Part shown: piece after piece, positions 26,657 to 35,671 of the stretch | Layout of the letters: every line of letters begins with the position of its first letter | Position numbering within the stretch: the stretch's first letter is position 1 | Assembly: GCA_035710585.1 (NCBI GenBank) | Contig: DASTCZ010000055.1 | Location: 1-55,758, forward strand | Direction of reading: 5' to 3' | Length of the DNA: 55,758 nucleotides | From: Candidatus Acidiferrales bacterium | GTDB lineage: Bacteria > Acidobacteriota > Terriglobia > Acidiferrales > UBA7541 | Notes under the pieces: model-generated | Databases searched by the model: none | What the model was told of the DNA's origin: nothing | What the model saw: the letters and a program-made list of their open reading frames with translations, nothing else | Made by a program: the position numbers and the translations under genes

Positions 26657-29515
26657 ATGTCATCGCTTAACCAAACCGGAATTCGCGCCCTGATTGATCA
26701 GCTCACTACCGTCGATTCCGCAGACGAACGGAAGAGCCTGCTCGAGAACACTCCAGACCTGTCTCAACGCGAGCTGGTGACGACCATCGCCGATCAAGCA
26801 ACGCAGACGGCGCGCCAAGACATGCCGCGTGCGGAACGACTCGCGAAGTTAGCCTGCTGGCTGGGAGACATCAGTGGCGACAAGCTGAGCCAGGGACGAA
26901 GCGCCCGGGCGATGGGAAACGTCTTGCTGCAATCCGGTCAACATCCTGCCGCATCGCGAGAGTACAGCCGCGCGCTGGAACTCTTCGAACAGATTGGCGA
27001 CGAACTGGAGAGCGGACGAACGCTGATGACGTCCATTCAAGCGCTGATCTATCAAGGGCAATATACGGATGCCTTCGCGCGAGCCGAACGCGCGCGCGCA
27101 ATTTTTCGGCGCGCGGGCGACGCGGTGCGAATGGCGCGGCTGGACATCGCGCTTGGAAACATTCTCCATCGGCAGGACCGATTCGACGATGCCCTGTTGA
27201 TGTATCACCGCGCGGAGCGACAGCTCGAAGCGCTGGAAGAGCATCGGGAACGGGCGGTAGCGCTGCTGAATATGGCGGTTTGCAGCATCAGCGCCCACGA
27301 TTACATCGCGGCGGAGCGCTCGTATCGCGATGCCCGCGAACTGAGCTTGCAGCACGACATGCCTCTGCTCACTGCTCAAGCCGACTACAACATCGCGTAT
27401 CTTTACTACTACCGCGGCGAATACACGCGCGCGTTGGAGCTATATCAGGCGACAGCAGAATTTTGCAACCGCGCCGGCGATGTTCATCACGCTGCTCTGT
27501 GCGATCTCGACCGGTCGGAAATGTACTTGGATCTACGCTTTGCCTCGGAAGCTGCCAAGCTGGCGCAATCCGCCGCCGCGGGGTTTGACGCTCTTGGACT
27601 GAACTACGAAGCAGCGAAGGCCATGTTTTTTCTCGGCCTCGCCGCGTATCAGGAAGGCCAGCCGTTTTTGGCTCTGGCATATTTTTCACAGTCCGGCGAG
27701 CGGTATAAGCAGGAACAGAATCGACCCTGGCCGGCGATTCTTGCACTCTACTCGGCGATTGTTTTGTACCGTGAGGGCCGTTACTTCGAAGCACGACGGA
27801 GCTGCCTCGAAGCTTATGAATTTCTTTCCCATTCAACCTTGCGAAGCAAGTCAGCTCTTGCGGGGATTCTCAGGGCCCTGCTTGATATGCGCTTGAGGGA
27901 GAATCTCACGGCTCGCTTTCATTGTGAGGCCGCGCTAAGACGATTTGAGCGATCGACGCCTCCGGGTCTGGAAGCTTTGGCGCAGTATGCACTCGCCCTG
28001 AGCGAAGAGAGCGAAGGGCGCTTTAGCGAGGCGTCTGAATCGCTGCGCAAAGCTCTCGCCGCCCTGCAAAAATCATCGGTTGGACGTTCCAGTGACGAAC
28101 TTAAGATTCCATTGATCGATTGCGACAAAGAGATCCCCGAAGCATTTGTGGCAATGAACATGGAAATGGATACTTCGGGGGAATTGGCTGAAGAGCTCTT
28201 CGCGGTGATGGAGCGCGCGAAGCTGCGGGAATCGGCGCAACTGATGGCTTTCCGCGCGCAGTCTCTGCCTGCCCCTCCGCAGGCTCGCAGCAGCCTTGTC
28301 GAACATTTGAGAACGCTCCGGCAAGAATTGAACTGGTATTACCGCCAAACAGATACGCAAGAAATGCTGGGCGCCGATGTATCCGAGGAGCACGCGGCCC
28401 GACTGCGCGATGAAATCTCCAAGCGCGAATCGGAATACAGCTCGAGTTTGCGCGAGTGGTCTCCCGCCGACGCGGATTTCCTTTCATTGCAGAGCGGGGA
28501 GCCTGAGCGAATCGCAGCGATCCGCGCCGCGCTGCCGACGGACGCCACGCTTGTGCAGTATTTTCGCGCGCGCGGCGCCTTTCACGCGGTCGTTGTGGAT
28601 CGCGAGACCGCGCATGCGGTGCCGCTGTGCGGCGTCGGACGCGCTCAGGATCTTCTCCACGATCTGCGACAGGAGTTCGCGCGATGCCGGTCAGAGGAAT
28701 CGCCAGCTCAACTCTCAAGACAAACTGCCGGCGCGCAGGAAATCTTGAAATCCTTGTACTGCGAATTGTTCGAGCCGCTCGAGAAGTTTTGCGCTCACCG
28801 GCGCCTGATTGTGGCGCCGCACAGCTTCCTTTCGAGCGTTCCCTTTCACGCGTTTTTTGATGGAAATCAATTCCTTGCGGATAAGCATGCGATTTCCTAT
28901 ACATTGAGCGGAAGTATCTATGCGTGGTCTTCGGGCAGGAACTACCCGGCCAGCCGTAGAGAGTTTACGATTTCGGATGCGGAAAACTCTCGCTCCGGTC
29001 CTGGAGTGAATTCTTTTGGCAATGATGGACTGAATTTCGAAATCTTCGATCCGCGCATCGAAGGAGCGGGGCAAGAGCTTGCAGATGGCTGTGGTCTCGC
29101 ATACTGGCGGGCTGACGCCGAGTTCCGGCGGGATAATCCGCTGTTTTCGGAATTGCGAATCGGCCAATCCAAGGTTCGTGCGTTGGACGTTTACCATTGG
29201 CGTTTACCCATACAACTTCTCTGGGTCGACGGGTGCGAGCCTGGCATCGATCCCTCCGGCGATTCTCATGAGTTGACTGCACTGCTGCGGGGCCTGTTCT
29301 ATGCAGGCGTCGAAACCGTGGTGACCGGGCTTTGGAAAACGCAGGACGCAACTACGGCGCGTGCCGCAGCGATGTTTCGCGATGTTTCAAAATCGGCTGC
29401 CGACCGCGACCGAGTGGCCTTGCTTCGACAAACTCAGCAGCTATTGCGCAATGAGTGCAATCATCCTTTTTATTGGGCGCCGCTCTCGCTATGGGGAAAA
29501 ACGGAGTCCCTGTAG
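26657..29515 (+). CDS. TPR-repeat / CHAT-domain protein, cytoplasmic (no signal peptide), catalytic His apparently missing
   Basis: 952 aa. The N-terminal roughly 500 aa has repeated TPR-like A/L/Y-rich helices. The CHAT domain starts at LIVAPHSFLSSVPFHAFF, and the Cys motif is LWVDGCEPG. Confidence 0.8.
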   Translation: MSSLNQTGIRALIDQLTTVDSADERKSLLENTPDLSQRELVTTIADQATQTARQDMPRAERLAKLACWLGDISGDKLSQGRSARAMGNVLLQSGQHPAASREYSRALELFEQIGDELESGRTLMTSIQALIYQGQYTDAFARAERARAIFRRAGDAVRMARLDIALGNILHRQDRFDDALLMYHRAERQLEALEEHRERAVALLNMAVCSISAHDYIAAERSYRDARELSLQHDMPLLTAQADYNIAYLYYYRGEYTRALELYQATAEFCNRAGDVHHAALCDLDRSEMYLDLRFASEAAKLAQSAAAGFDALGLNYEAAKAMFFLGLAAYQEGQPFLALAYFSQSGERYKQEQNRPWPAILALYSAIVLYREGRYFEARRSCLEAYEFLSHSTLRSKSALAGILRALLDMRLRENLTARFHCEAALRRFERSTPPGLEALAQYALALSEESEGRFSEASESLRKALAALQKSSVGRSSDELKIPLIDCDKEIPEAFVAMNMEMDTSGELAEELFAVMERAKLRESAQLMAFRAQSLPAPPQARSSLVEHLRTLRQELNWYYRQTDTQEMLGADVSEEHAARLRDEISKRESEYSSSLREWSPADADFLSLQSGEPERIAAIRAALPTDATLVQYFRARGAFHAVVVDRETAHAVPLCGVGRAQDLLHDLRQEFARCRSEESPAQLSRQTAGAQEILKSLYCELFEPLEKFCAHRRLIVAPHSFLSSVPFHAFFDGNQFLADKHAISYTLSGSIYAWSSGRNYPASRREFTISDAENSRSGPGVNSFGNDGLNFEIFDPRIEGAGQELADGCGLAYWRADAEFRRDNPLFSELRIGQSKVRALDVYHWRLPIQLLWVDGCEPGIDPSGDSHELTALLRGLFYAGVETVVTGLWKTQDATTARAAAMFRDVSKSAADRDRVALLRQTQQLLRNECNHPFYWAPLSLWGKTESL

Positions 29516-29621
29516 ATGAATCCAGGGCCGATCGGCTGGCGCGATCTTATCGTTTTCCGTACACGCAAACTTTAGGCCGATTGCAAGTTGCAGCCGCAGG
29601 TTTGAGACTTGTCTTGCGAGG

Positions 29622-30362
29622 ATGGCCGGCGAATTCCGGGCCGGAAGCTCCATGACGCAACACAATCCCGAGTCCGCCGAACTCTATCTGACCAAGCATG
29701 CGCGGACCTCCGGGCCGCGACGTGAGTCTTTGCGCATTCAACGCCTGGAAGAACACATACAGACTTTCCAGCGGGCCACCATCTGCGCGCTCAATCAGAT
29801 GCTCGATCTTAAGGATCTCAATACGGGGGTGCATAGCACGCGGCTGGCCGAATGGGCGCTCAGCGTGGGTGCAGGTATCGGGATTGCCGCAGCCGATCTT
29901 CGCGACCTGGAGATCGCCGCGATTCTCCACGACATCGGCAAAGTCGGTGTGCCCGACTCCGTCCTCAAAAAAAATGGACCGCTCGACGCGGACGAACGCA
30001 AAATCATTGAGAAGCACTCCGAGTTTGGGTGGACCATCCTTCGCGAAATTCCCGGGTTTGAACGTGCAAGTCTCCTGGTGCTGCATCATCACGAACGAAT
30101 CGACGGAAAAGGGTATCCGGCAAAGTTGAAAGGCGAGGAAATTCCGTTCGGGTCGCGCATCGTTTGTGTCGTGGATGCATTCGACGCGATGGTTTCCGAC
30201 CGGGCGTATCGCAAGGGGTTGCCGATGGAAGAAGCGCTGCGGAGACTGCGGAACGATCGCAGCACGCAGTTTGATGCGCGCATCGTGGATCATTTCATCC
30301 GCATTGCCGCGCAGGAATTTCCTGATATCGCGGCAATTGCAGACCCTACGATTTCACCCTGA
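29622..30362 (+). CDS. HD-GYP domain protein (c-di-GMP phosphodiesterase type), stand-alone
   Basis: It contains ILHDIGKVGVP and HHHERIDGKGYP (HD and GYP motifs). An alternative start is the Met at 29652. Confidence 0.85.
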   Translation: MAGEFRAGSSMTQHNPESAELYLTKHARTSGPRRESLRIQRLEEHIQTFQRATICALNQMLDLKDLNTGVHSTRLAEWALSVGAGIGIAAADLRDLEIAAILHDIGKVGVPDSVLKKNGPLDADERKIIEKHSEFGWTILREIPGFERASLLVLHHHERIDGKGYPAKLKGEEIPFGSRIVCVVDAFDAMVSDRAYRKGLPMEEALRRLRNDRSTQFDARIVDHFIRIAAQEFPDIAAIADPTISP

Positions 30363-30576
30363 AGGCTCAGCGACGAACGGTCCCCAACTGAGTTCGTGAA
30401 TTCGCGCACGCCAATCATTTTGTCGTAGCCCATTCTATCTGCGCGGGCCTCGCGCTCAATATCAAACCCGCCCGACCTCTCAAACTCTGAGTCTAACGGA
30501 GTAAGTTTCTGAATGAGCAGAATTGCTGTCGGGAGAAGGCAGCACTTTGATGCAGTAATATCGTTGCCGCACTGCG

Positions 30577-32190
30577 ATGAATAACCGGCTCCGTTGCGCT
30601 CTTCTGATGTGGTTGGCCTGCGCCCCTGCCTGCGCACAGACGGCGAAGCCGGACTACTCCGATGTGCGACAGTACATTGCGAAAACGTGGGACGCCCTCA
30701 CTCGCTCCATGAATCAGTGCGAGACCATAGCTGATCCCAAAGTGGCGGGGCAGGCGACGCTATACGTCCCGGCCGAAACTACGATTGACGATGGCCTGAA
30801 GGAACTTTCTTCGCGATGCAACGTCCACGTGGCCCAATTGCCTGAGCGCATCGCCAGGCCCGGAGAGTTCGACGTCACGCAAGTCCGCGGCCAGCACGGG
30901 CTTCTCCTGTTGCCAAATCCCTACGTCGTCCCCGGCGGATTTTTCAACGAGATGTACGGCTGGGACAGCTATTTCATCGCTCTTGGCCTGATCGATGATG
31001 GAAAGATCGATGTCGCGCGCGGCATGGCTGAAAACTTCTTCTTCGAAATCGAACATTACGGCGCCGTGCTCAACGCTAACCGCACCTATTACCTCACGCG
31101 TTCGCAGCCGCCATATCTGAGTTCAATGGTGCTCGCGATCTACCAGGCAGAACTGAAAACCGACCGCAATGATCGTGACTGGCTCGCGCGCGCCTACGAC
31201 TATATCGTCCGCGATCATGCGATGTGGACGAGCGTTCCACATCTCGCTGGCAAGACAGGCCTCTCGCGCTATTTCGATCACGGTCGCGGTCCGGTGCCCG
31301 AAGAAAACGCGAGCCAGAATTCGTACTATCACCAGGTCATCGGCCGGATGATCGAACGCCCTGAGCTGCGCGGCAATGCACTCGTGACTCTTTCCGGCGC
31401 ACAGCAGCCCGAAGACGGGCCAGCGTACTCAATCCGCATCTGCGAAAATGAGAGCAACTGCGATCAAGTCACCCGTCTTGCTTTCACCGCCGATTACTAC
31501 AAAGGAGATCGCGCCATGCGCGAGTCCGGCTTCGACATCTCCTTCCGGTTTGGACCCTACGGTGCGCGCACGCACCACTTTGCCCCTGTGTGCCTGAATA
31601 GCCTTCTGTATAAAACGGAAAAAGATCTTGAACAGATCGCCGGGATTCTTGGGCGAAGCGCCGATGCTGCGCGGTGGCGCGACGCCGCTGCAGCGCGACA
31701 AAAAACCATGCAGTCACTGATGTGGGACGATCAGCGCGGCATGTTCTTCGATTACGATTTCGATGCCGGGAAGCGCTCGACCTACGAATTCGCAACTACC
31801 TTTTATCCTTTATGGACTGGTTGGGCGACCCCGCGACAAGCCGCGGCGCTTGAGAAAAATCTCAAGACACTTGAGCGGCCCGGCGGGCTGATGACTAGCG
31901 CAACTGAAACCGGCGTTCAGTGGGACGCGCCCTTCGGCTGGGCGCCGTTGGAATTGATTGCTGTCGAAGGTCTCCGCCGTTACGGATTCCGCGCCGATGC
32001 CGACCGCATCGCACGCGAATTCATCGGTACCGTCGCCGAAAATTTCAGCCGCGACCACACCATCCGCGAGAAATACAACGTCGTTACGCGCTCTTCCGAT
32101 GTGCAGGTCACAGCTGGCTACCAGACGAACGTCATTGGCTTCGGCTGGACGAATGGAGTCTTCCTCGAATTGCTGCGCGGCCTTCAGTGA
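30577..32190 (+). CDS. treA: Periplasmic trehalase (glycoside hydrolase family 37)
   Basis: The signal peptide is MNNRLRCALLMWLACAPACAQ. GH37 signature 1 is PGGFFNEMYGWDSYF and signature 2 is QWDAPFGWAPL. Confidence 0.9.
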   Translation: MNNRLRCALLMWLACAPACAQTAKPDYSDVRQYIAKTWDALTRSMNQCETIADPKVAGQATLYVPAETTIDDGLKELSSRCNVHVAQLPERIARPGEFDVTQVRGQHGLLLLPNPYVVPGGFFNEMYGWDSYFIALGLIDDGKIDVARGMAENFFFEIEHYGAVLNANRTYYLTRSQPPYLSSMVLAIYQAELKTDRNDRDWLARAYDYIVRDHAMWTSVPHLAGKTGLSRYFDHGRGPVPEENASQNSYYHQVIGRMIERPELRGNALVTLSGAQQPEDGPAYSIRICENESNCDQVTRLAFTADYYKGDRAMRESGFDISFRFGPYGARTHHFAPVCLNSLLYKTEKDLEQIAGILGRSADAARWRDAAAARQKTMQSLMWDDQRGMFFDYDFDAGKRSTYEFATTFYPLWTGWATPRQAAALEKNLKTLERPGGLMTSATETGVQWDAPFGWAPLELIAVEGLRRYGFRADADRIAREFIGTVAENFSRDHTIREKYNVVTRSSDVQVTAGYQTNVIGFGWTNGVFLELLRGLQ

Positions 32191-32264
32191 GGCCTTTCCA
32201 CAGCGCGGGCGTTTCTGTGGCGTAGCTCAGATCTAGGTAGCTGTACCTTGACTTAGTTCCCCAT

Positions 32265-32744
32265 TTGCCTATGCTCGCCGTGCTCGTGGGTATTCGGGCG
32301 GAGGCCTTCATGCACCGAAGCGCAAATCCGGATTCAAAATCGAGGTTCACTCGCCGGGAATTCGGCCGCGGAGCCGTCGCCGCTGTCGCCGCCGCGGCGC
32401 TAGCTCCCGCGTCAGCAATTTCCCAGCGAGGAGATGCGTCCGCGCCAGCTTCGCCTCAGCAAGGGCCCGACGTCAGCGACCTCTCGCCCGCCGCTCGCGC
32501 CGAAATCGACGCCAAAGTCGAAAACGCCATCCGCCGCTGGGGAGATCGGATGAATGACGAGCAGAAAACTCGCATCCGCACCATCATCACGCGTCACGTG
32601 CGTATGCTCGAAACCGTTCGCAAATTCGCGGTGAAGAATGGCGATTCGCCCGCGTCGGTACTTAAGCTCTTTACCACGACAGGGCGCCCGCAACCCTCCG
32701 CAATGCCGCATGCAAAAATCCCGCCGGCAAGCGGCGCGAACTGA
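32265..32744 (+). CDS. Small Tat-signal protein of unknown function
   Basis: The twin-arginine signal is SRFTRREFGRGAVAAVAAAALAPASA. The start may be the Met at 32310. The stop lies 9 nt before the amidase ATG. Confidence 0.55.
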   Translation: MPMLAVLVGIRAEAFMHRSANPDSKSRFTRREFGRGAVAAVAAAALAPASAISQRGDASAPASPQQGPDVSDLSPAARAEIDAKVENAIRRWGDRMNDEQKTRIRTIITRHVRMLETVRKFAVKNGDSPASVLKLFTTTGRPQPSAMPHAKIPPASGAN

Positions 32745-32753
32745 GGAGAATCG

Positions 32754-34202
32754 ATGCTCGGCGAAGACATACTCTACTTACCCATTCGCGAACTCGCGTC
32801 GCGCATCCACGCAAAAAAACTTTCCCCGGTTGAACTGACAGAAAGCTATCTCGACCGAAGCGAAAAGTTCGGACCGAAGTTCAACGCCTACGTCACGCTC
32901 ACGCGCGATCGCGCCATGGAACATGCGCGCGCCGCCGAAAAAGAAATCGCCGCGGGACATTACCGCGACTCGCTGCACGGAATCCCCTACGCTGCGAAAG
33001 ATTTGCTCGCGGTGAAGGGTTATCCAACCACGTGGGGAGCCAAGCCCTTCGAAAATCAGTCCTTCGATTACGACGCCACGATCATCCAGCGCCTCGATCG
33101 CGCCGGTGCCATCCTGATCGGCAAGGCCGCTATGATCGAGCTCGCCGGCGGGCTTGGCTACTCCGGAGCAAATGCGTCGCTTACAGGTCCAGCACGGAAT
33201 CCTTGGAACACAGACGATTGGACGTGCGGCTCCTCGAGCGGCTCCGGCGCCATCATGGCCGCAGGCCTCGCGGGATTCGCCCTCGGCTCCGACACGCGCG
33301 GCTCCATCATTTGCCCGACGACCTGGTGCGGCCTTTCGGGCATGCGCCCGAGCTTCGGACGCGTCCCTCGTACCGGCGTTATGGCCATCGCCTGGTCGAT
33401 GGACAAGATCGGCCCCATGGCTCGCACCGCCGATTGCTGCGGCATTGTGCTCGGCGCGATGGCAGGACACGATCCCGCGGATCACGATTCGTTGCCTGAT
33501 ACTCTCAGCGCCTTCTCGTACTCGCACGCGACGAACTCTTCGCGTCCACTTCGCATCGGCCGCGTCAAAAATGCGGCGGGCGATTCCAATCCTGAGCTGA
33601 ACGCCGCCGTCGACGCCGCTCTGAAAATCATGGAGCAGCATGGCGCCAAAATTTCAGAAGCCGAAGTTCCCGATGGTCCTTACGAAGAGGCCGCCGAACT
33701 CATCATCTTGATGGAGGCCACCGGCGCATTCTGGGATTTGATCGAATCCGGCCGCTGTTCCGAACTCGAAGACCCGCTGGGAAAAATTAATGGCTATGCC
33801 AGCATGGAAATTTCCGCGTGGGATTATCTCCACGTCCAGCGCGTCCGCACCTATCTGCAAAAAAATGTTGATGCGCTCTTCGATCGCTTCGACGTGCTCG
33901 CCGCTCCCGGTGAAGGCACCGCCGCGCGCCCCATCCAGCCGCCTCAACCCCCCGCAGGCGGCCGTGGGCCGGGTGGCGCCGGACGCGGTAATCGTCCACC
34001 TGACACCAGCAAGCAGCTCGATGGCATCTCGAGCCTCTGCGGCCTGCCGGCGATCTCCGTCCCGTGCGGTTTCACGAAAGACAAGTTGCCCATCGGCATT
34101 CAATTCGTTGGCCGTGCGCTTGACGACGCCAAAGTCCTCGCCGCCGCGAATCTTTTCCAGTCGCACACGGACTGGCACACCAAACACCCCGTGATAAGCT
34201 GA
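32754..34202 (+). CDS. Amidase-signature family amidase
   Basis: 482 aa. It has the catalytic Lys region YAAKDLLAVKG and the Gly/Ser-rich signature CGSSSGSGAIMAAGLAGFALGSDTRGSIICP. There is no N-terminal signal peptide. Confidence 0.9.
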   Translation: MLGEDILYLPIRELASRIHAKKLSPVELTESYLDRSEKFGPKFNAYVTLTRDRAMEHARAAEKEIAAGHYRDSLHGIPYAAKDLLAVKGYPTTWGAKPFENQSFDYDATIIQRLDRAGAILIGKAAMIELAGGLGYSGANASLTGPARNPWNTDDWTCGSSSGSGAIMAAGLAGFALGSDTRGSIICPTTWCGLSGMRPSFGRVPRTGVMAIAWSMDKIGPMARTADCCGIVLGAMAGHDPADHDSLPDTLSAFSYSHATNSSRPLRIGRVKNAAGDSNPELNAAVDAALKIMEQHGAKISEAEVPDGPYEEAAELIILMEATGAFWDLIESGRCSELEDPLGKINGYASMEISAWDYLHVQRVRTYLQKNVDALFDRFDVLAAPGEGTAARPIQPPQPPAGGRGPGGAGRGNRPPDTSKQLDGISSLCGLPAISVPCGFTKDKLPIGIQFVGRALDDAKVLAAANLFQSHTDWHTKHPVIS

Positions 34203-34206
34203 CCGC

Positions 34207-35643
34207 GTGGCCGCTTCACGCGCGCAATCCACGCCGCACGACGCTGTCGTCATCGGCTCCGGTCCCAATGGCCTCGCCGGCGCCATCACACTCGCGCAAG
34301 CCGGCCGTAAAGTCGTCGTCTACGAGGCGCAATCCATTCTCGGCGGCGGCGCACGCAGCGCCGAGCTGACTCTGCCCGGCTTTACTCACGACGTTTGCTC
34401 CACGGCTCATCCGATGGCTGCCTGCTCTCCTTTTTTTCGAACTCTTCCACTCGAAAAATTCAGCCTCCGCTGGGTCCATCCCGCCGCGCCTTGCGCTCAC
34501 CCTTTCGACGATGGTTCCGCTGTGATCGTCGAGCGCTCGCTCGATGCCACGGCCGCCCAGCTGCAGGAAGACGAGCGCGCGTTTCGCAGCCTTTTCTCGC
34601 CTCTCGTCAATTCATGGGACCAACTCGTCGATTCTCTTCTCGCTCCGATCTCGCTGCTGCAGCGCCATCCATTCAAAATGGCGCGTTTCGGCTGGCACGC
34701 CCTGGGCAGCGCGAAATCGCTCGCCGAAAAAAAATTCAAATCAGCCCGCGCCGGCGCCGTCTTCGCTGGAATGGCCGCGCACTCCATCATTCCGCTGGAA
34801 GAGCGCCCTTCCGCCGCATTCGGACTCATTCTGTGGGCTACGTGTCACACGGTTGGCTGGCCGTTTGCCGCGGGCGGTTCGCAAAAAATCACTGATGCCC
34901 TCATCGCGTATCTTCGCGAACTGGGCGGCGAAGTTGTTCCTTCCCATCCCGTCAATTCGCTTTCCGATCTCGACGGCGCGCCCACAGTTTTGTGCGACGT
35001 CGCGCCCTTAAATTTTCTTCGTCTCGCGGGCGGACGCATCTCTCAAGCGGAACAGCGCGCTCTCGCTCGCTTTCGATACGGCCCCGGAGTCTTCAAGGTC
35101 GATTGGGCGCTCGATTCGCCTGTTCCCTGGAATGCTCCTGAATGCGCGCGCGCGGGCACAGTCCATATCGGCGGCACACTTGAAGAAATCGCTGAATCCG
35201 AACGCGCCGCCGCGCAGGGCACCGTCGCCGACCGCCCGTTCATTTTGTTTGCTCAGCCGACGCTCTTCGATTCTTCGCGCGCGCCCGCGGGGAAACACAC
35301 CGCGTGGGCTTATTGTCACGTACCGAGCGGCAACGCCGCCGACATGCTCCCGCGCATCGAAGCTCAGGTTGAACGCTTCGCTTCGGGCTTCGCGAAAAAA
35401 ATCATCGGCCGCTCAGTCATGACTCCGAAGGATTTGCAGTCGCACAACGCCAACCTCATCGGCGGAGATATCGGCGGAGGCTCGAACGATCTCTGGCAAT
35501 TTCTCTTTCGTCCCAGCCGACGCCGCTATTCGACTTCGATTCCCGGAGTGTTTCTCTGTTCCGCATCCACGCCGCCCGGTGGCGGTGTTCACGGAATGTG
35601 CGGATATCACGCAGCGAAATTGGCGCTGTCCCGCTCGAAATAA
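34207..35643 (+). CDS. FAD-dependent oxidoreductase (phytoene desaturase/CrtI-like family)
   Basis: GTG start. The dinucleotide-binding motif is DAVVIGSGPNGLAGAITLAQAGRKVVVYEA, and the length of about 478 aa is typical for the family. Confidence 0.75.
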   Translation: MAASRAQSTPHDAVVIGSGPNGLAGAITLAQAGRKVVVYEAQSILGGGARSAELTLPGFTHDVCSTAHPMAACSPFFRTLPLEKFSLRWVHPAAPCAHPFDDGSAVIVERSLDATAAQLQEDERAFRSLFSPLVNSWDQLVDSLLAPISLLQRHPFKMARFGWHALGSAKSLAEKKFKSARAGAVFAGMAAHSIIPLEERPSAAFGLILWATCHTVGWPFAAGGSQKITDALIAYLRELGGEVVPSHPVNSLSDLDGAPTVLCDVAPLNFLRLAGGRISQAEQRALARFRYGPGVFKVDWALDSPVPWNAPECARAGTVHIGGTLEEIAESERAAAQGTVADRPFILFAQPTLFDSSRAPAGKHTAWAYCHVPSGNAADMLPRIEAQVERFASGFAKKIIGRSVMTPKDLQSHNANLIGGDIGGGSNDLWQFLFRPSRRRYSTSIPGVFLCSASTPPGGGVHGMCGYHAAKLALSRSK

Positions 35644-35671
35644 AACTTCGCTGCGCATGCAGCGAAGTTGC

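Noticed and set aside
26657-30362. Whether the CHAT genes belong to known CHAT-containing defence systems (type III-E Craspase, gasdermin-protease pairs, CBASS).
   Set aside because: There are no cas genes or CRISPR repeats, no cyclase, and no gasdermin-sized pore-former candidate. The neighbours are an SBP and an HD-GYP protein for one CHAT gene, and an ADOP permease and an ABM-like protein for the other.
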